Origin: Raillietiella orientalis
Taxonomy: Eukaryota
Assembly: GCA_036172245.1 (NCBI GenBank)
Contig: JAYWIR010000025.1
Span: forward strand, 2,232,001-2,296,000
DNA length: 64,000 nucleotides
Reading direction: 5' to 3'
This document shows, in pieces, positions 25,640 to 37,759 of this stretch (the stretch's first letter is position 1; each line of letters opens with the position of its first letter). The translations under genes were made by a program, and so were the position numbers. Under the pieces are notes generated by a model. That model was not told the DNA's origin. It saw only the letters and a program-made list of their open reading frames with translations, and made no database searches.

Positions 25640-26480
25640 GCCTCGCACCTCTTGGTGTACGGCGACTTCATCCAGAGTTTCCAAGCGCGACTGGCGCACC
25701 TTGGTTCCAGAGACCCTCCGGCGAGGAGGAGCGCCTGTTGCCATCACCATCGATCGGGACGACGCAGTTCCGGCCGACGCGCCTTTACGCCGTGGATGGC
25801 TCTCTGATGACCCCTTCTATTGGGGCTGCTCTCCTCAAGTTCTAGAAGCTGCTCGTGACCTTGCCTCGGGCGGTTCCGGGCGCTCGCTGCTCGCTCGCCG
25901 CTGCTGCTGACCTCATCATCTCCAGGTCCGCCCAGACGGGAGACTTGCTAATTAGATTTTGAGGACACGCTCCGAGGGTCGAAGTCGGAGAGAGGGGAGC
26001 GCCCAAGAAGAAGGTGAAGACGTGACCGGATGCCCTCCAAGGCCCTCGACGAGCATCTCACGAAAGGAACCGAAGCTCCAGGGAAGCTACGGCGTCAGCC
26101 AGGGCAACCAAAGTGAGTTGTGAGAGCTGGACGTCGCTTTCATAGCAACGGGGTCGAGACAGGCCCTGAGGAGGGAAAATCAGGGGTACCGCCGAGGAAC
26201 AGAGCTCACGAGTGAGGGAGCAGCGGAAAGTACCCGCGTCAACCCGGCCGCTTGTCTGCCTGCGCGTGGGGCATCCCGGAAGGATGGTTTTGCGAACCTA
26301 TGCTGTCCTCAGTCGCCGTGGACCATTTTCTCATGAAAGAGCTTCCCACACCTTCGTCGCAAAGGTGAGATCAGGTTGTCATCAGCCTGTGACCGCGGCA
26401 TTGAACCCGCGAAGTCGAAATCCTCCTCCCTCCACCACTTTCGGGACCGCATGCGCTTCCAAGAGAGCCTCTGGTTCGTG
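25640..26480 (+). pseudogene. Decayed M12B/ADAMTS-like metalloprotease copy
   Basis: HLLVYGDF (EILVIVDY); DALQGPRRASHER at ~26030-26066; VCL..HPGRMVL; GCHQ; FGTAC. Confidence 0.5.
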
Positions 26481-27260
26481 GCGCTCCGGAGGCTGCCCCT
26501 CAGCCCGCTCCTGTGACCTCAGACCGTGCGCCTCCCTTTGGGCGGTTAGCGGGCGGAACCCTTGGTCCCCTTGAAAGCCCTCCGCAAGCTTTGCCTGCTG
26601 GCGCGTCACGTGACGATACGGCTGTTTACTTCACCCGGAAGCCTCCCAGGATCGGACACAGGGTCAACCCCTGGGTCGGATGCTCCCTGTGACCAAGAGC
26701 GCGCTCCCGCTTTGCTCGCTAGAAGAGGAGTATCCCTGTCAGCCTACCACCAGTCCGGCACGAAAATTCTCTCAAGCACATTAGACTGCTCCCTCTTCCT
26801 CCCTGCTGTCTGCTACTTAAGGTACTCCAGGGATGCTGCAGCCCCAGACAGATAGGGTGCCTCGGTTTCTCTCCCATCATGGAGCTGCTACCGGAGGCCC
26901 CTTCATTCATGGACTTTCCTCCGGACAAACATCAGAACTTCTTCCAAAATGTCGTGGTCACTTCCAGAACTGCAGCTCGTGGATGTATTATTTCAGCCCG
27001 ATGTCCAGCTGGGGTTGCACTGAGAGAGGAGAGAGAGCGGAAACTAGAAGCAAAGAAGACTTGGCTGGACTTCTCGCGGGGTTCGACAAGACGTCCTCCG
27101 GCGCTGTGGACCACCTCTGGACCTACTGCGATCGTCCAGCGCGGGTGAGGTTGTCCTTTCCTTACTTCTTCTGGAGGCACTCAAAGCTCTTCGAGAGGAA
27201 GGCGAGAAACCATCTGAACAAACAACCCGTGGATCCGCAGCGGCTCTCCTAGATGAAATC

Positions 27261-27942
27261 TTGATCACAATTGAACACCTCGAAGCCTTAATGCAATCCC
27301 GGATCAAATCCGGGATTGCATTAAGAAGTGCGCCCGCGGGGAGGGATTCTTCACAGCTTCCGCAGCTTCCTCAATCGACCAAGCTCCTTCGTCGGTGGCG
27401 AAGAGGTAACCCCCGACCGATTTGCAGCATCGCAAGAGGAAACGAGCGCTCCTTGTCTGGGCGACGGCTCTGTCTCGGGAAGGTCCACCTTCGTAGTTCG
27501 AACCCTCTTCACCACTCTTTCGGCAACGGAGGTCTTAGCCACGCCCTCTACTTGCACTGGTTCCGGCGTTCGAAAAGCGCAAGTCAACAAAGATTGGCAC
27601 CCTTCCTCCGGCGCATGCAGGAGCCATCAGCTCGGCTCCGTGGTCGGGGGCGTCCTGCCGAGCTGGCCATTTCCAGCTCATCCCGTGGCGCTGCCATCCG
27701 CGGTGCTGCGTTGCGGGGATCCCCAGCGAGCCTACGATGAACGGGCGCGTGTGGGGATTCTCGCAAGAGAAAGGGTAAGAGCGTGGTCTACTCCCTCCCC
27801 CCACTTTCCTGCTTCCTTGCGCTTGTCTCCCGCCGACGACGGCCTCGCTCCGTGTTTTGTGTGTGGTCGGCTGGGCGCGGATGCAGAATCTTTGATGGGG
27901 CCCGGAAAGGAGGCCGTGTGTGTCAAGAGAGAGTGCCTTTAG
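27261..27942 (+). pseudogene. Decayed M12B/ADAMTS-like metalloprotease copy (HQLG subfamily)
   Basis: SRIKSGIA, then one long frame (27328-27942): VGGEEV..TEVLATPSTC..VNKDWHPSSGACRSHQLGSVVG..RAWSTPS..FVCGRL..GPGKEAVCVKREC. DNA homology to 7440-7790 (inverted). Confidence 0.7.
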
Positions 27943-28589
27943 AACGATGGGAATCCACGAATCAGCTGAGCCGCTTTCCTGACTCTCTTTTTCCTTTCGT
28001 TTCTTCAGGTCGCCGCCTTCCTCTCCATTCTTCCTCTCAGGGGCATAAAAAAAAAAAAACGCGAACACTCGCGGAAGGATCGACGTGTTCTCGAAGTTTG
28101 CTGATGTCATCCGAACAAAACGGGCTAAACTGAAGTCATGGTGTGACCTGTCCCCGTAAGGGGAAAGTAAAGTGCGCTCCTCTGCTTTGTATTTTCATTC
28201 CCTCCCCCCTCTCCCCCACACACACATCATTGGAGCCCGGCGAAGTTTTGTTTCTTCTTCTAATAAGCACCAATTATCCGTGAAGACCTTGTCGTTCGAG
28301 CAGCCAGCCACCTCCTCTTCCCGCGTTCCCTGCGTGGGAACAGACCTTCCTGTTCTTCCGGCAGTCGGCTTCCTCTGCTCGCCTGTACTCTACCAGGGTA
28401 ACGGCAGCGGTCCAGGTCACGCGCGGCGGTTCCCGACTTCCTGAGCGTAGCTAGGGAGGAAACATCTCCCTCTTCCAGGAGCTTCCTTTTCCGACAAGGA
28501 GTCGAAGGTTCGGGAGAGAAGAGGAGACTTCCATCCGCCCCGGTTTGTACGCTCGGCAGGCGAGGCGTCGGCCGTCCGGGGTAGAACGT

Positions 28590-29490
28590 GGCGTCAAAAG
28601 AGTTGGTGAGAGCCTTCAGAAACGGGGATCAGACTCGGGGGAAGGGCCGGTCGAGGGGCTCGCGAAATGAAAGGAAGGAGAGGATTCGGAACGGAAGGAA
28701 AAGTCGGCGGATTAAAAGTGCCGTCGCGCGTTTCAAAGACCCATTGTGTGACCTGCGCCCCAGGCGGGCCAAAAGGTACTTCTTGAAAATGTCCGCCTTC
28801 CCAAGGTCGCTAGGAGAGGCGGAGCGGCACATTCTGAGATAAGCGAGAGGTATCCGTCGTCAGGAGGCAGATCCTCATCTTCCGGATGGCAGCGGCGCAG
28901 GCGGAGGCAGTCGTGCCTTCCGCTTCAGCTGCGGGCGTTCCGTTGGTGCATGCGCGAAACCGCCTTGCGCGCAAGGAGCTGAGGATCTCAGGGGAGACGT
29001 CCGCCGCTCTTTGGCCCTGCTTCTGGCACGGCAGGTGGCGACGCCTAGGAGTAGTTTCTGACCCGCCGGCTACCGGAGGCGGGGAAAACCCACGTGAAGC
29101 AGGCAGGAGCAACAGGGATGGGAAAGAGGGAGTCTAATAGGGGAGTCCTCGGAGCGGGAGGGGTCAGGCGGACAAGCAGATAAGTGCCCCTGCTGTGTGC
29201 AAGCCGTGGAAAATGCGAATCAGTGAGCCTTTAAGGTTGTCCCAGCAACGTGCGAGGAGAGAGGGCAGGTCGGTACCAGCTTCGGCAGACCTAAAGAGGA
29301 AAATTCCGACACCAACTTGGAAGAGTAGGGACCAGAGGTTTCCTGGGGTCGGTGCCACGGTCCGCATTCTTTTCACTCCCTCACTGTGCCGGACACATCC
29401 AGGATTTTCCCCTGAGTCCGGTGCATAGCGCCTTAATGGGACGCGATCACTCGTCTTCCCGGCGACGACATGCTCTGATTCCAGAGTTCC
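28590..29490 (+). pseudogene. Decayed M12B/ADAMTS-like metalloprotease copy
   Basis: VRAFRNG (VSFWNG); KRYFLKMSAFP (KYLFRERRLP); AEDLRG; WHGRWRRLGVVSDPP (AHEVGHLLGAVHDGSPP); FPG. Confidence 0.55.
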
Positions 29491-29689
29491 TGGCAGATGG
29501 GATCGCCCCGTTTGCCCCCGCGCACCCTTCCCGGGTTTCCCGTAGCAACTCGGGAAAAACCGTTGCGCTCTCGGTATTCGCGGCGCGAACATGCGAAGGA
29601 AGGGGAACTGCCTCGGAGTCCTCGTTCCGTCACGGAGATTTTCCGGAAGACAGGACTCGATCAGAGAGTGAAATGAGATTGCCGGATCA

Positions 29690-30500
29690 TCGGCGTCGTC
29701 GGGCCGAAACGACAAGCCTCACCGGCCTTGACAGAGGGGGAGCGATCCCTGCCCATTGACACCGCCCCTCCGCTTCTCCCGGCGTTCGGAACGGCACGGG
29801 TACCAGAGGGAGCTCCTGGAGAGGCGGATGGGAGGCAGTCTGGACCACCGCGCTGATACGACCTCTGTCGAGCGATGATGAGTCCCTCCTGCATCATCCG
29901 CTCCTCATAAGAGGGACCAGCGCTCACAGGGGGGAGGAGGGCATTCGCAGATCGATTCCTGACTGACTTTCAGCTCAACACCGGAGAGGACACGAAACCT
30001 CGATCGACGGCGTCGAGAAGGCAACGCACTGAAGCGAGCATTCGAGGGATACCCCTGGGCGCCCACAGCTCTCCGCCGGGGTCCATCCGAAGGTGCGAGG
30101 CCTGCGACCACGCGGCCGGGCCGCTGTCCGAGCTGGTGGCTCCGGACGGCGCCGGAGTAAGGGCGCCAGTCTTTGTGACTCGCTCTTTTCGAACGCCGTA
30201 CAAGTGAAGGGCGTGGCGAAGACCTCTGTTCCTGAGAGGGAGACGGAGAGGGTCCGAATCGCGTAAGTAGGCGGACCTGCAGGACGTGGCGGCCCTGACG
30301 TTCGAGGTAGCGCCCAGCCCGGTTCCGCGCCTGCACCATCGTCCCGAACATATCGTTGGCGCCGCTACTCCCTTCTCATCCGCACGGGGTTCACTCTCTT
30401 CCCGGGAGGCCGCGATAGAAGGCGCGCACACGGAAGGGTCGCGTCGAGCGCGTTGAGGGCGGTGGATACGAGGCTGTGCGCGAGCGGCGGCAGCTTCAGG
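29690..30500 (-). pseudogene. Decayed M12B/ADAMTS-like metalloprotease copy (HQLG subfamily)
   Basis: DPSVCAPSIAA; GTEVFATPFTC; KDWRPYSGAVRSHQLG..VVAGLAPSDGP; AESC; VDRGF. DNA similarity to the copies at ~7.5 kb, ~27.5 kb and ~6.5 kb. Confidence 0.7.
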
Positions 30501-30969
30501 GCGCAGAGGCAGGAGATTCCCAGCAGCAGCGACTTCCCTCCCTTTGGGATCTTCCGCCCAGATTTCGGTTTCGGATGTCCTCTCTGGGCTGGGCTGCTTA
30601 GTCCAGGAACCCCCTTCCTCCCCGAGGACGATCGACGACGGCGTGCCTTGCTCAGAACTCTGCCCTACGCTTTCCTGGAGCCTCGAAAGCACCGTCGGGA
30701 AGCTCAACTTCCCCGAAATGGGGAAGAGAAGGAGGCAGGATCAGGTCCAGACGAGGGGAAGCAGCCACGAGTTCGGGGAGTCTGCATGCCTCAACGAGGG
30801 CAGTCCTCATTTTCCAGGAGGCGGAGCAATCCTCGTGCAAGAGGGACTCGGGCAGTCCGGGAAACGATCCTGTAACCCGAAGGCGTTCCGAGACCTCTGA
30901 CCATACTGCCAACCGAGCAGTTTGATCAGCGAGGTCAGCGATCGCGAACGGGCCAGACGACTCGTCGAC

Positions 30970-31640
30970 ACGGGTATGGGCCATCCGCGTCCCCGGATCC
31001 TCGATCCCGAAGCATGCCCTTGGGGGAGGCTTCCTGTCATGGGGCTGCAGTCTTTCCTGGCATTCTATGGGAAGGCGCTCGCCGGAAGAGGCCGCCAGCC
31101 TACGGACCCAAACGGCATCGTCGCCAGCCGAGAGTGCAGGTTCGGTCTGCCGACGGGATTCCTCCTCCGCCGATCAGGAGGTCGAGGGTTGGAAACACGG
31201 CGAACACTATCGGACACCCTCTGCGGACCGGCCTTCTTCCCGGATGCCTGAGATGGATGACAGGGAGAACACTGGGTGGGTCGAGGACGCTCTGCGAGCT
31301 GCCCTCCCTAACCCTCGGAACTCTGCTGACCCAGCCAAATGCCCAGACCTCTTTTTCCGAGGGTGAGAAGACTGTTCCTCTGAGAAGTCGTTCCTCAGGT
31401 AGCTGCTTCCCTCACCAGCCGCGCCGCCTGCAGACACCTCGTCTTCGGAAAGCGGAAAACCGGACGTGCACTTTTTAGCTTACTCGGGATGAGCGAACGT
31501 TTCCATGGCAGCGTACCGGGATCCGGTTCCTGGAGGACTGTGACCGGTTTCAAGGACAGCAGCGAGCAGATGCTAAGCGGTGGACTGGGCCCGGCCAACC
31601 TTCTGCGTAGAGCAGGCGATGAATGGAGACCCCGAAGCAA
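30970..31640 (+). pseudogene. Decayed M12B metalloprotease copy
   Basis: QSFLAFYG; CRFGLPTGFLLRRSG (RISIAGIIISRG); LPSLTLGTLLTQ; AYSG near 31480. Confidence 0.4.
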
Positions 31641-31819
31641 CGCAGCAATTCTTCTTCCTCTCCTCCTCCTGAAGGGGAACTGTGGTGCATGATGACCCCT
31701 CCGAGGACCGCTTGGACCTTAGCAAGAGCGCTCCACAAAATCTACCCACCCGTCCTCCCTCGCATCTTCAGGCAATGACCTCGGTGTCGCGACCCACCGG
31801 ACTCCTTCCGGAAGAGAAA

Positions 31820-32440
31820 CTTCTGCTCCTGCATTTTCCCTCTGAAGCAAGAGATGCTGCTGCCCCGGGGCAGTTTGCGCTTGTCGTGCTTCGTGGCTGA
31901 CGAACCAGTGGTTTCCCTTCTGATCCTGGAGCCTTGGACCGGCTGTTTCCCATCTCAGTCGGTTTCCATCTTTGCCCAAGAAAGGTGCCCTCGGGCAGAG
32001 TCCGGCACTTGCTCGACTGCTGGACAAAACGTCCGCCTCCTGGACATCCCTGCGGAGGCCTGCGCCTTCGAGTCCTCTACAGAGGGACGCTTCCTTCTGG
32101 AAAATGTTCCGAATTCAGAGCTCCCGAGGGGAAAGGCAAGCCCGCACAACAGTCGCTGGAAATCACTGCAGGGTGCGGACTCGACGAGTCGCAGGGTGGC
32201 GAAGAAACATCCTGAGTCGTGCCTTGTGAACCCGCGCGACGGTCATCCGTGTGACGTTTCCATGACAGCGATGGGTTTTCTCCTGACGAGTCTGCATTCC
32301 CAAAGTACCCAGCACCCGCGAGACGTGCCATCAAGAATCAAGGTAGAGCACCCGAGATGTGGTGCAATTGATGGCACACAGGTACCGCGTCGAATAGCAA
32401 GCTGGCCGCCGAGGGGAGGCGCCGTCAGGCAGGGAGTGAG
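31820..32440 (+). pseudogene. Decayed M12B/ADAMTS-like metalloprotease copy
   Basis: GC..SQSVSI; RVRHLLD...RPPPG (EVGHLLG..SPPP); AEACAFE..GRFLL; SRWKS; ESCLVNP (ATCLYNSP); GFLLTSLHSQ (GKLLSLDAQ); AIDGT. Confidence 0.6.
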
Positions 32441-32699
32441 CCGAAACTTGGCACACACCAAGGGAGCTGCAAAATTCCCAAGTTGCCCGCCCACGGAGCG
32501 CCGCACGAGCGTTCCGAAATGTGTGCCGACGGCGTGCAGACAAGCAGCTGTGCCACTTATCAGGCGGCGCAACCACGTGCCCTCGAAGCGAGCCAGGTTC
32601 CCAGGTTCAAAGTGATGTGTCAGGTAGCAAGGGTGAATTGTGAGGCTCGTTAGATTTTCCCCTTCCAGGAAGCGGGAGGGAACAATGTCCTTCCAAAAA

Positions 32700-33380
32700 A
32701 ATGGGATGCTCTTCCATCCGCGTCATCTCCTCAGGTCAACGGTCTCCTCCTCAGTTCTCCGACTTGAATCGTCTCCAGAAGACCTTCCCCCATCCTTTCG
32801 GTGGGAACTCCGGGATCTGTCCCGCGGGATCACCCGGCTTTCGCTTCCCAGTTCTGTGCATCCCAGACGAGAGCGACGCTACCTCGGCGCCATTCTTACG
32901 CGAACTGTCAAGCGCCCGCTCGCGTCCGAGGCCTCGCGCATCTGCCCTCCCTACTCTGCGCTCTCAACAGGAAAACGGGACGGAGATGATTTGTCTTTTA
33001 GTTCGCAGCTTCACCTTCATTCCTTCATCCACCGATTGGAGTTGCTCCTTTCACGCACCGTACCTTGCCGGAGCTGGTGACAGCCTCGTCCCGTCTTCAC
33101 CGGAGCCAGACACCCGTTTAAGCGGGCACGCTCGACCTGCTGGAACGTCAGGCCAGGCACGTCCGCGCCACGGCTCCCGCAGATGACCTGGCAATTCCTA
33201 TTTCGCCTTCGAGCCGAGCCGACTCGGCGGCCGGCATCCATCCGTGCGATGGACCTCCGCCAGGTGGATACACGGGTCGTCTCCAGAGCCCTTTGAAAGC
33301 TCGCTCCGCGTGTCGGCTGCAGCAATCGGACGACACTTGAGATTCGTCCCCGGGGGAACCGAACGGCCGTGCGGACCATT
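32700..33380 (+). pseudogene. Decayed M12B metalloprotease copy
   Basis: FHPRHLL; SFRWELRDL; TRLSL; DDLSFSSQLHL; PYLAGAG (AYVGGAC); EPDTRLSG; RHGS; GCS. Confidence 0.55.
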
Positions 33381-33449
33381 GGACCGACGGTCAAACCTGC
33401 CTTTCCTCTCTCTCCCGCTCTCTCCCCCTCTCTCCTATGGTTTCCTTGG

Positions 33450-34110
33450 TACCCGTCGGAACCGACGAGAGCATTCCCCCTTTTTCCCGGTTTCCTACCC
33501 GTGATTTCCCATGCGACCAGCATCCGCCGAGCACAGATGTCTCTTGCCCGCGAGTGGACCAAGCGGATCCGACAGCCACCAAGCGTGCAGGGTGACGCGC
33601 GGGGCAGGCGGATCGCAGGAAATGATAAACAGGAAGGAAGCTGTCCACGGGTCCGGGCGGGGTCCATTCTGGGACCCGATCGCCGCACGATGACCGTCCC
33701 GTAAATCTTCGGCTAGCGTCTAATTGGACGGAGCCGCCGAATTTCCTTTCGAAGAAGCGGGCGCCTCAGGAACGTGCGCCGCGTGCGAACGGTCGTCGTC
33801 GCGAAAACCCCGGGAACTCACGCGCAGGCTTTCCCAAAGGCCCCTCAGAACTTCTCGGGAATGGACAGCAGCAGCACGGGAAGAAAAGGGGGTCGGAGAA
33901 ACTGGGCTCGCCTCTGTCGGTCGAGGAGCCGGCCGTCTTCGCGCGCCCCACCCGGAAGGGCGCCTTGCATGGGAGGCACCTCTGGAGGCAAAAAGTCCTC
34001 GAGAGGCAGCGACTGAAGCCTCAACGTCGGGAGGCTCAAGCGGCATGGAATAGTGAGGCAGAAGGGGAGCGGCGGCTCCCCCCGTGGCTTCCAGGCTGCT
34101 CCTGAGGTGC
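33450..34110 (-). pseudogene. Decayed M12B metalloprotease copy
   Basis: PTPFSSRAAAVHSREVLRGLWESL (TPYL..AIDS..AL.DMGKYL); LGGC; LVAWEITG (VAAHEIG). Confidence 0.5.
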
Positions 34111-35029
34111 ATGAGGTGGAGGCAGCGGTCACCTTGGATGCGAGGGTCTCGCGTGGTTTGCGGAGCTGCGATTTCCGACCTGCGCTTGCTCGAAGCCTAC
34201 TTATCCCATAGATCTTAAAAAGAGGCACAGAAAGGTCAAGGGGGAAGGGAAGTGGGAGTTTCCACCACTTCGAACCTCCCTGGGATTTTCAAAGGGTGCT
34301 CTTGTTACGAAAGGGCGAACCGTCCGCAGTTCGTGGCACGCGTCCCGGGAGCGCAAAGCGCTCGATTCTCATCCCCCATCCCACCCCTTCCCAGGGTGCC
34401 ACGCGCCCGCTCCTCGGGAATTTCCATCTCCCTTGGAGGTCAGCCGTCTCCTGCGTCCCGAGGTCACGGGCATCCTGCCGCAGCCTCTCCTTCGGAGGCG
34501 GAACACAGAGACAGCCCCCTCCAGCGCCGCTGGAGGAGGACCCGCGACCGAAGTCTCCCGACTGACAGGCAGAGCGTGCGAGCGGCGGCGACCCGTCCGG
34601 CGACGGGGATGCTCCCTGGAAATGCACCCTCGCCGGCTCCACCCTGTCCGCTCCAGCAGCGGCTCCGAGGTTTCCAGGATGGGAGCTGCGGGCATCGACC
34701 CTTCCAAAGCTCTGCAGCAGCTAAACGGGTAGGGGGAGTAGGGGGAGGGAGCTGGAGAGGCAGGGACGCCAACACCGTCGTGGGCGCCATCATGGGCCAG
34801 CAGCGGCCGGCAGGTGCTCTCTGCGGCTGCCGACAACGCTGCCGCTGCGGAGGGACGCTTAAGCCGACGTCCTTACGGGGGGATCGCAGAAGTCAGCTGC
34901 GCGACACCGGGGAGTCGTCCGTGCCCCTCTGGCGGCATCCAGCCCTCCGCTCCCGCCCCCGTTCTCCTGTTTCCCCCCTTTCGGCGGTCTCGTCGCAGGA
35001 CATCCGCAGGGACGAACGACGTCCACCGC

Positions 35030-35640
35030 GGCGCTTGCGGCTCCGGGTATTTCTGAGCGACCTGGAAGGCGGCCGCCGATCCACAGCGTTTAAGGGCAGC
35101 CTTCTGGATCCTTCCACCTTCGACCAACGTTTGGAGAGGGTGGCCGTTTCTGGAGCTTGCAATCGGTGGACCGGGCGGCGCCGTCGGGTCTCGCACCCAA
35201 AAGCGCAGTTTCCATCTCCCGAGGAGGTCACGTGGAAGGGTCCCTCCGCTCTCCTTAGAGCGCGAGGGAGGAGAACAGGGGACGTCATTTGCAGTGACGA
35301 ATCGCAGCGGTCAGCAAGGCGGCGAGGCATCGATGACTCCATCCGCCCTGCGATCTCGCCCGACTGGGGCATGGAGAGCAACTGGTACGAAACGGACGCA
35401 GGGGCCGGCATCTGCCCCTCCGTGCCCCGTCCTGCCTCGTGCAGAAGCAGCCGGCAGCAGAGTCCGTGGACCGATAGAAAACGGGAACGGAATAGACGAG
35501 CGCGAAAATGGATTTGCCACGCCCTGCCCTCGAGGTGGTTTTCCGCCGCGGAAGGTCTCCGAGCGCGTCGATCCCGCGCCAGTGCTGCTAATGGGTCTCT
35601 GATGGGTAGTAGCGGTCTCCCCTGCGGCCATCCGGCGCCC
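35030..35640 (+). pseudogene. Possible decayed M12B metalloprotease copy
   Basis: RLRVFLS; VIC; GIDD; GAGICP; SPWT; GLPCG in the expected order. Individually weak. Confidence 0.3.
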
Positions 35641-36459
35641 ACGGCGGGTAGAAACGGTCCCCGGGTGCGAGGTCGTGGAGGCAGCGGCGGTGTGCCTCTG
35701 GCCGCCGGCATTCCCGGCTCGGAACTCTCTCGGCGCGCGCGTCCCTGCCCGTTTCCGGTATTCCCGCGGTTCCGAGGTCGGCTCTGCCGGGAACGCGGCC
35801 CCGGCCTCCCGGGCGGAGCACGTCACTGAGCTCCCGCCATCCGCCATCCCTCTGCGGACTGGCGCGCAGGCAGTTCGCTTCATGAGCGAAGGGTTCGGGA
35901 GAGAATGGAACGCGCGATCCACACGCTCTCCCCCTCCCCTCTCCCGGAATCCTTCCCGAAATGTGTCAGCGTTTTCAAGCACGTCGCCGAACAAATTACT
36001 TCTTATTTAGAGCGTTTCAAGAATGGGGCACACCACGATTAGGGACTCTCGCAAAAGATCCAATTGTATCTGCTCGCCGTCCGCGAGCGGGAAGCGTTCC
36101 TCCGCTCCCGCTAACAGCCGGGGAAGGAGGGAACGATCGGGAAGATAAAAACAGCGGCAACAACAGTTTCGTCGCTCGGTTCCTCGATCTGCGAAAGAAG
36201 AGGGAAGGAAAGCTCGGCTGAAAAGGGGGCTTTCGGGAGCAGCCAAATTTCGAACGGGATAAGGCGAGAGCCCGCCTTCCCCCCCCCCCCTCCCTCTCGA
36301 GCAGAGAAGGGCGCAGTCTTTGACTTTCCCATTTTTACTTCTTCCGTCTGGTTCGCGCGGCGGGAGGGGCGGCGCCACCACTCTCCTCCCGGATGCAGTC
36401 CTCCATATCCGTCACCTCCACCTGCGTTCGTTCGCACCCCCCCTTTCCATCCGCCCACC

Positions 36460-36720
36460 TCCTCCGGCTCTGATGGCCATCGGAAAAGTCCCTTGGGCGA
36501 TTTCCCCAAGGTTGCTCGGGAAGAAAACAAAAGGGGAGGGAGTACGTAGCCCTGCTCGCCCTGCCGCTGGACCACTCGCGTGGCTCGCCGGATTACGCAG
36601 TTCCCAGACGGGAACTCTGGAGCAGACAGCGTCCACGCACCAGAAGAGAAGCTCCAACTCGGAAGGCCCCGTGGCCGAACAGGACCTGCCTATTCACATC
36701 GAGTTGCGCCACGGGTCGTT
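36460..36720 (+). pseudogene. Possible decayed M12B metalloprotease fragment
   Basis: ALMAIGK; LAWLAG; VAEQD...HIELRH. Confidence 0.3.
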
Positions 36721-37759
36721 TCTACCGATAAAATTTCAGTAAACTGGCTACATGTAGTAGGGCAGTAGATGTCCCTTCGGGTCCCAAAGAGCAACTCCAG
36801 AGACGAACTCCGCAACCCGTCTACGAGGTGCCAGCGAGATCCGCATCGGAAACGACGAAAACAAGGCAAAAAAATAAATAAATAAACATAACAAAAAAAT
36901 AAATAGATAAATAAATGTAACTTTAAGGTGGGATGGGGAAAAGGGTCGCACTCTGTTTCGAGGCGTTTCCTGCACCCTCCCGAGGAAGGTTCCTCTCTGC
37001 GGCGGGCTAGCTAGGTGGTGGCGCGACCTCGACTCAATCCTCAGGAAGCAGAACGAAAAGTAGCTGGCATTCCCATCGGCAAGTTCAGCTCCGGACCGCC
37101 ACCGTGCCGTGGGGGCCGCGGTAGAGGGCCGCGATCGCGCCACTTCGGGTAACATGGCTCCCTGGAAGAAAAAAGTCCCTTCAGGATCTCTCTGCGGCTG
37201 CAAAAATCGGCAGCGAATTGTAGTGCCCTCTGGAGCGCTCCCAAGATGGTCCAGAGGGCAACACAGTCCGCAGCCAGGTGCAGGTAGGGCTCTCCTACCT
37301 TTCGCACCTGACTCCCGCCTCGAAGACGCACTTTTTCCTTGCATAGGGTACCCCAGTGCAGAAGCAGTGCCGATTCCTGTCACTTCAGGGACAGTCCGGA
37401 TCGGCCCATGAGCGCCTCGAGGATCCCCAGGTCTTCCCAGGAAACTCTTAAAAGATCCCTTTCACCGGACACTCGGGATCGCGGCGCCGACGAGCTGACT
37501 CGAGGACCATCCTCAAGGACTTTTCCTTTCCCCTATTTGGCAGGCTTACTCGCACCTTGCCGTTAGGCAAGTGTCACTACTGTCTCCAGAGGGGAGGATG
37601 CCGCTGCGGCAAGGGGGTCGCTGTCGTGCGGACTTGCTTCCTGAGCTGAGAACCTGCCTGCGGAATGCCACCATCCGCTCCGTGGGGTGCTTCACCAAGG
37701 CGATCGGCTCTGGTTGCCGGATCCCCGTGTTTCCAAGCTCTGGCTGCGAACCAGATCCC

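Noticed and set aside
25640..25680. HLLVYGDF as a LINE AP-endonuclease GDFN motif
   Set aside because: Lacks the N and other APE motifs. Downstream motifs follow the metalloprotease order.
32355..32392. GAIDGTQVP as a Harbinger/PIF transposase motif (GAIDGTH.P)
   Set aside because: No other Harbinger motifs nearby. The position fits the AA(D/E)G(T/S)PC motif at the end of an ordered metalloprotease copy.
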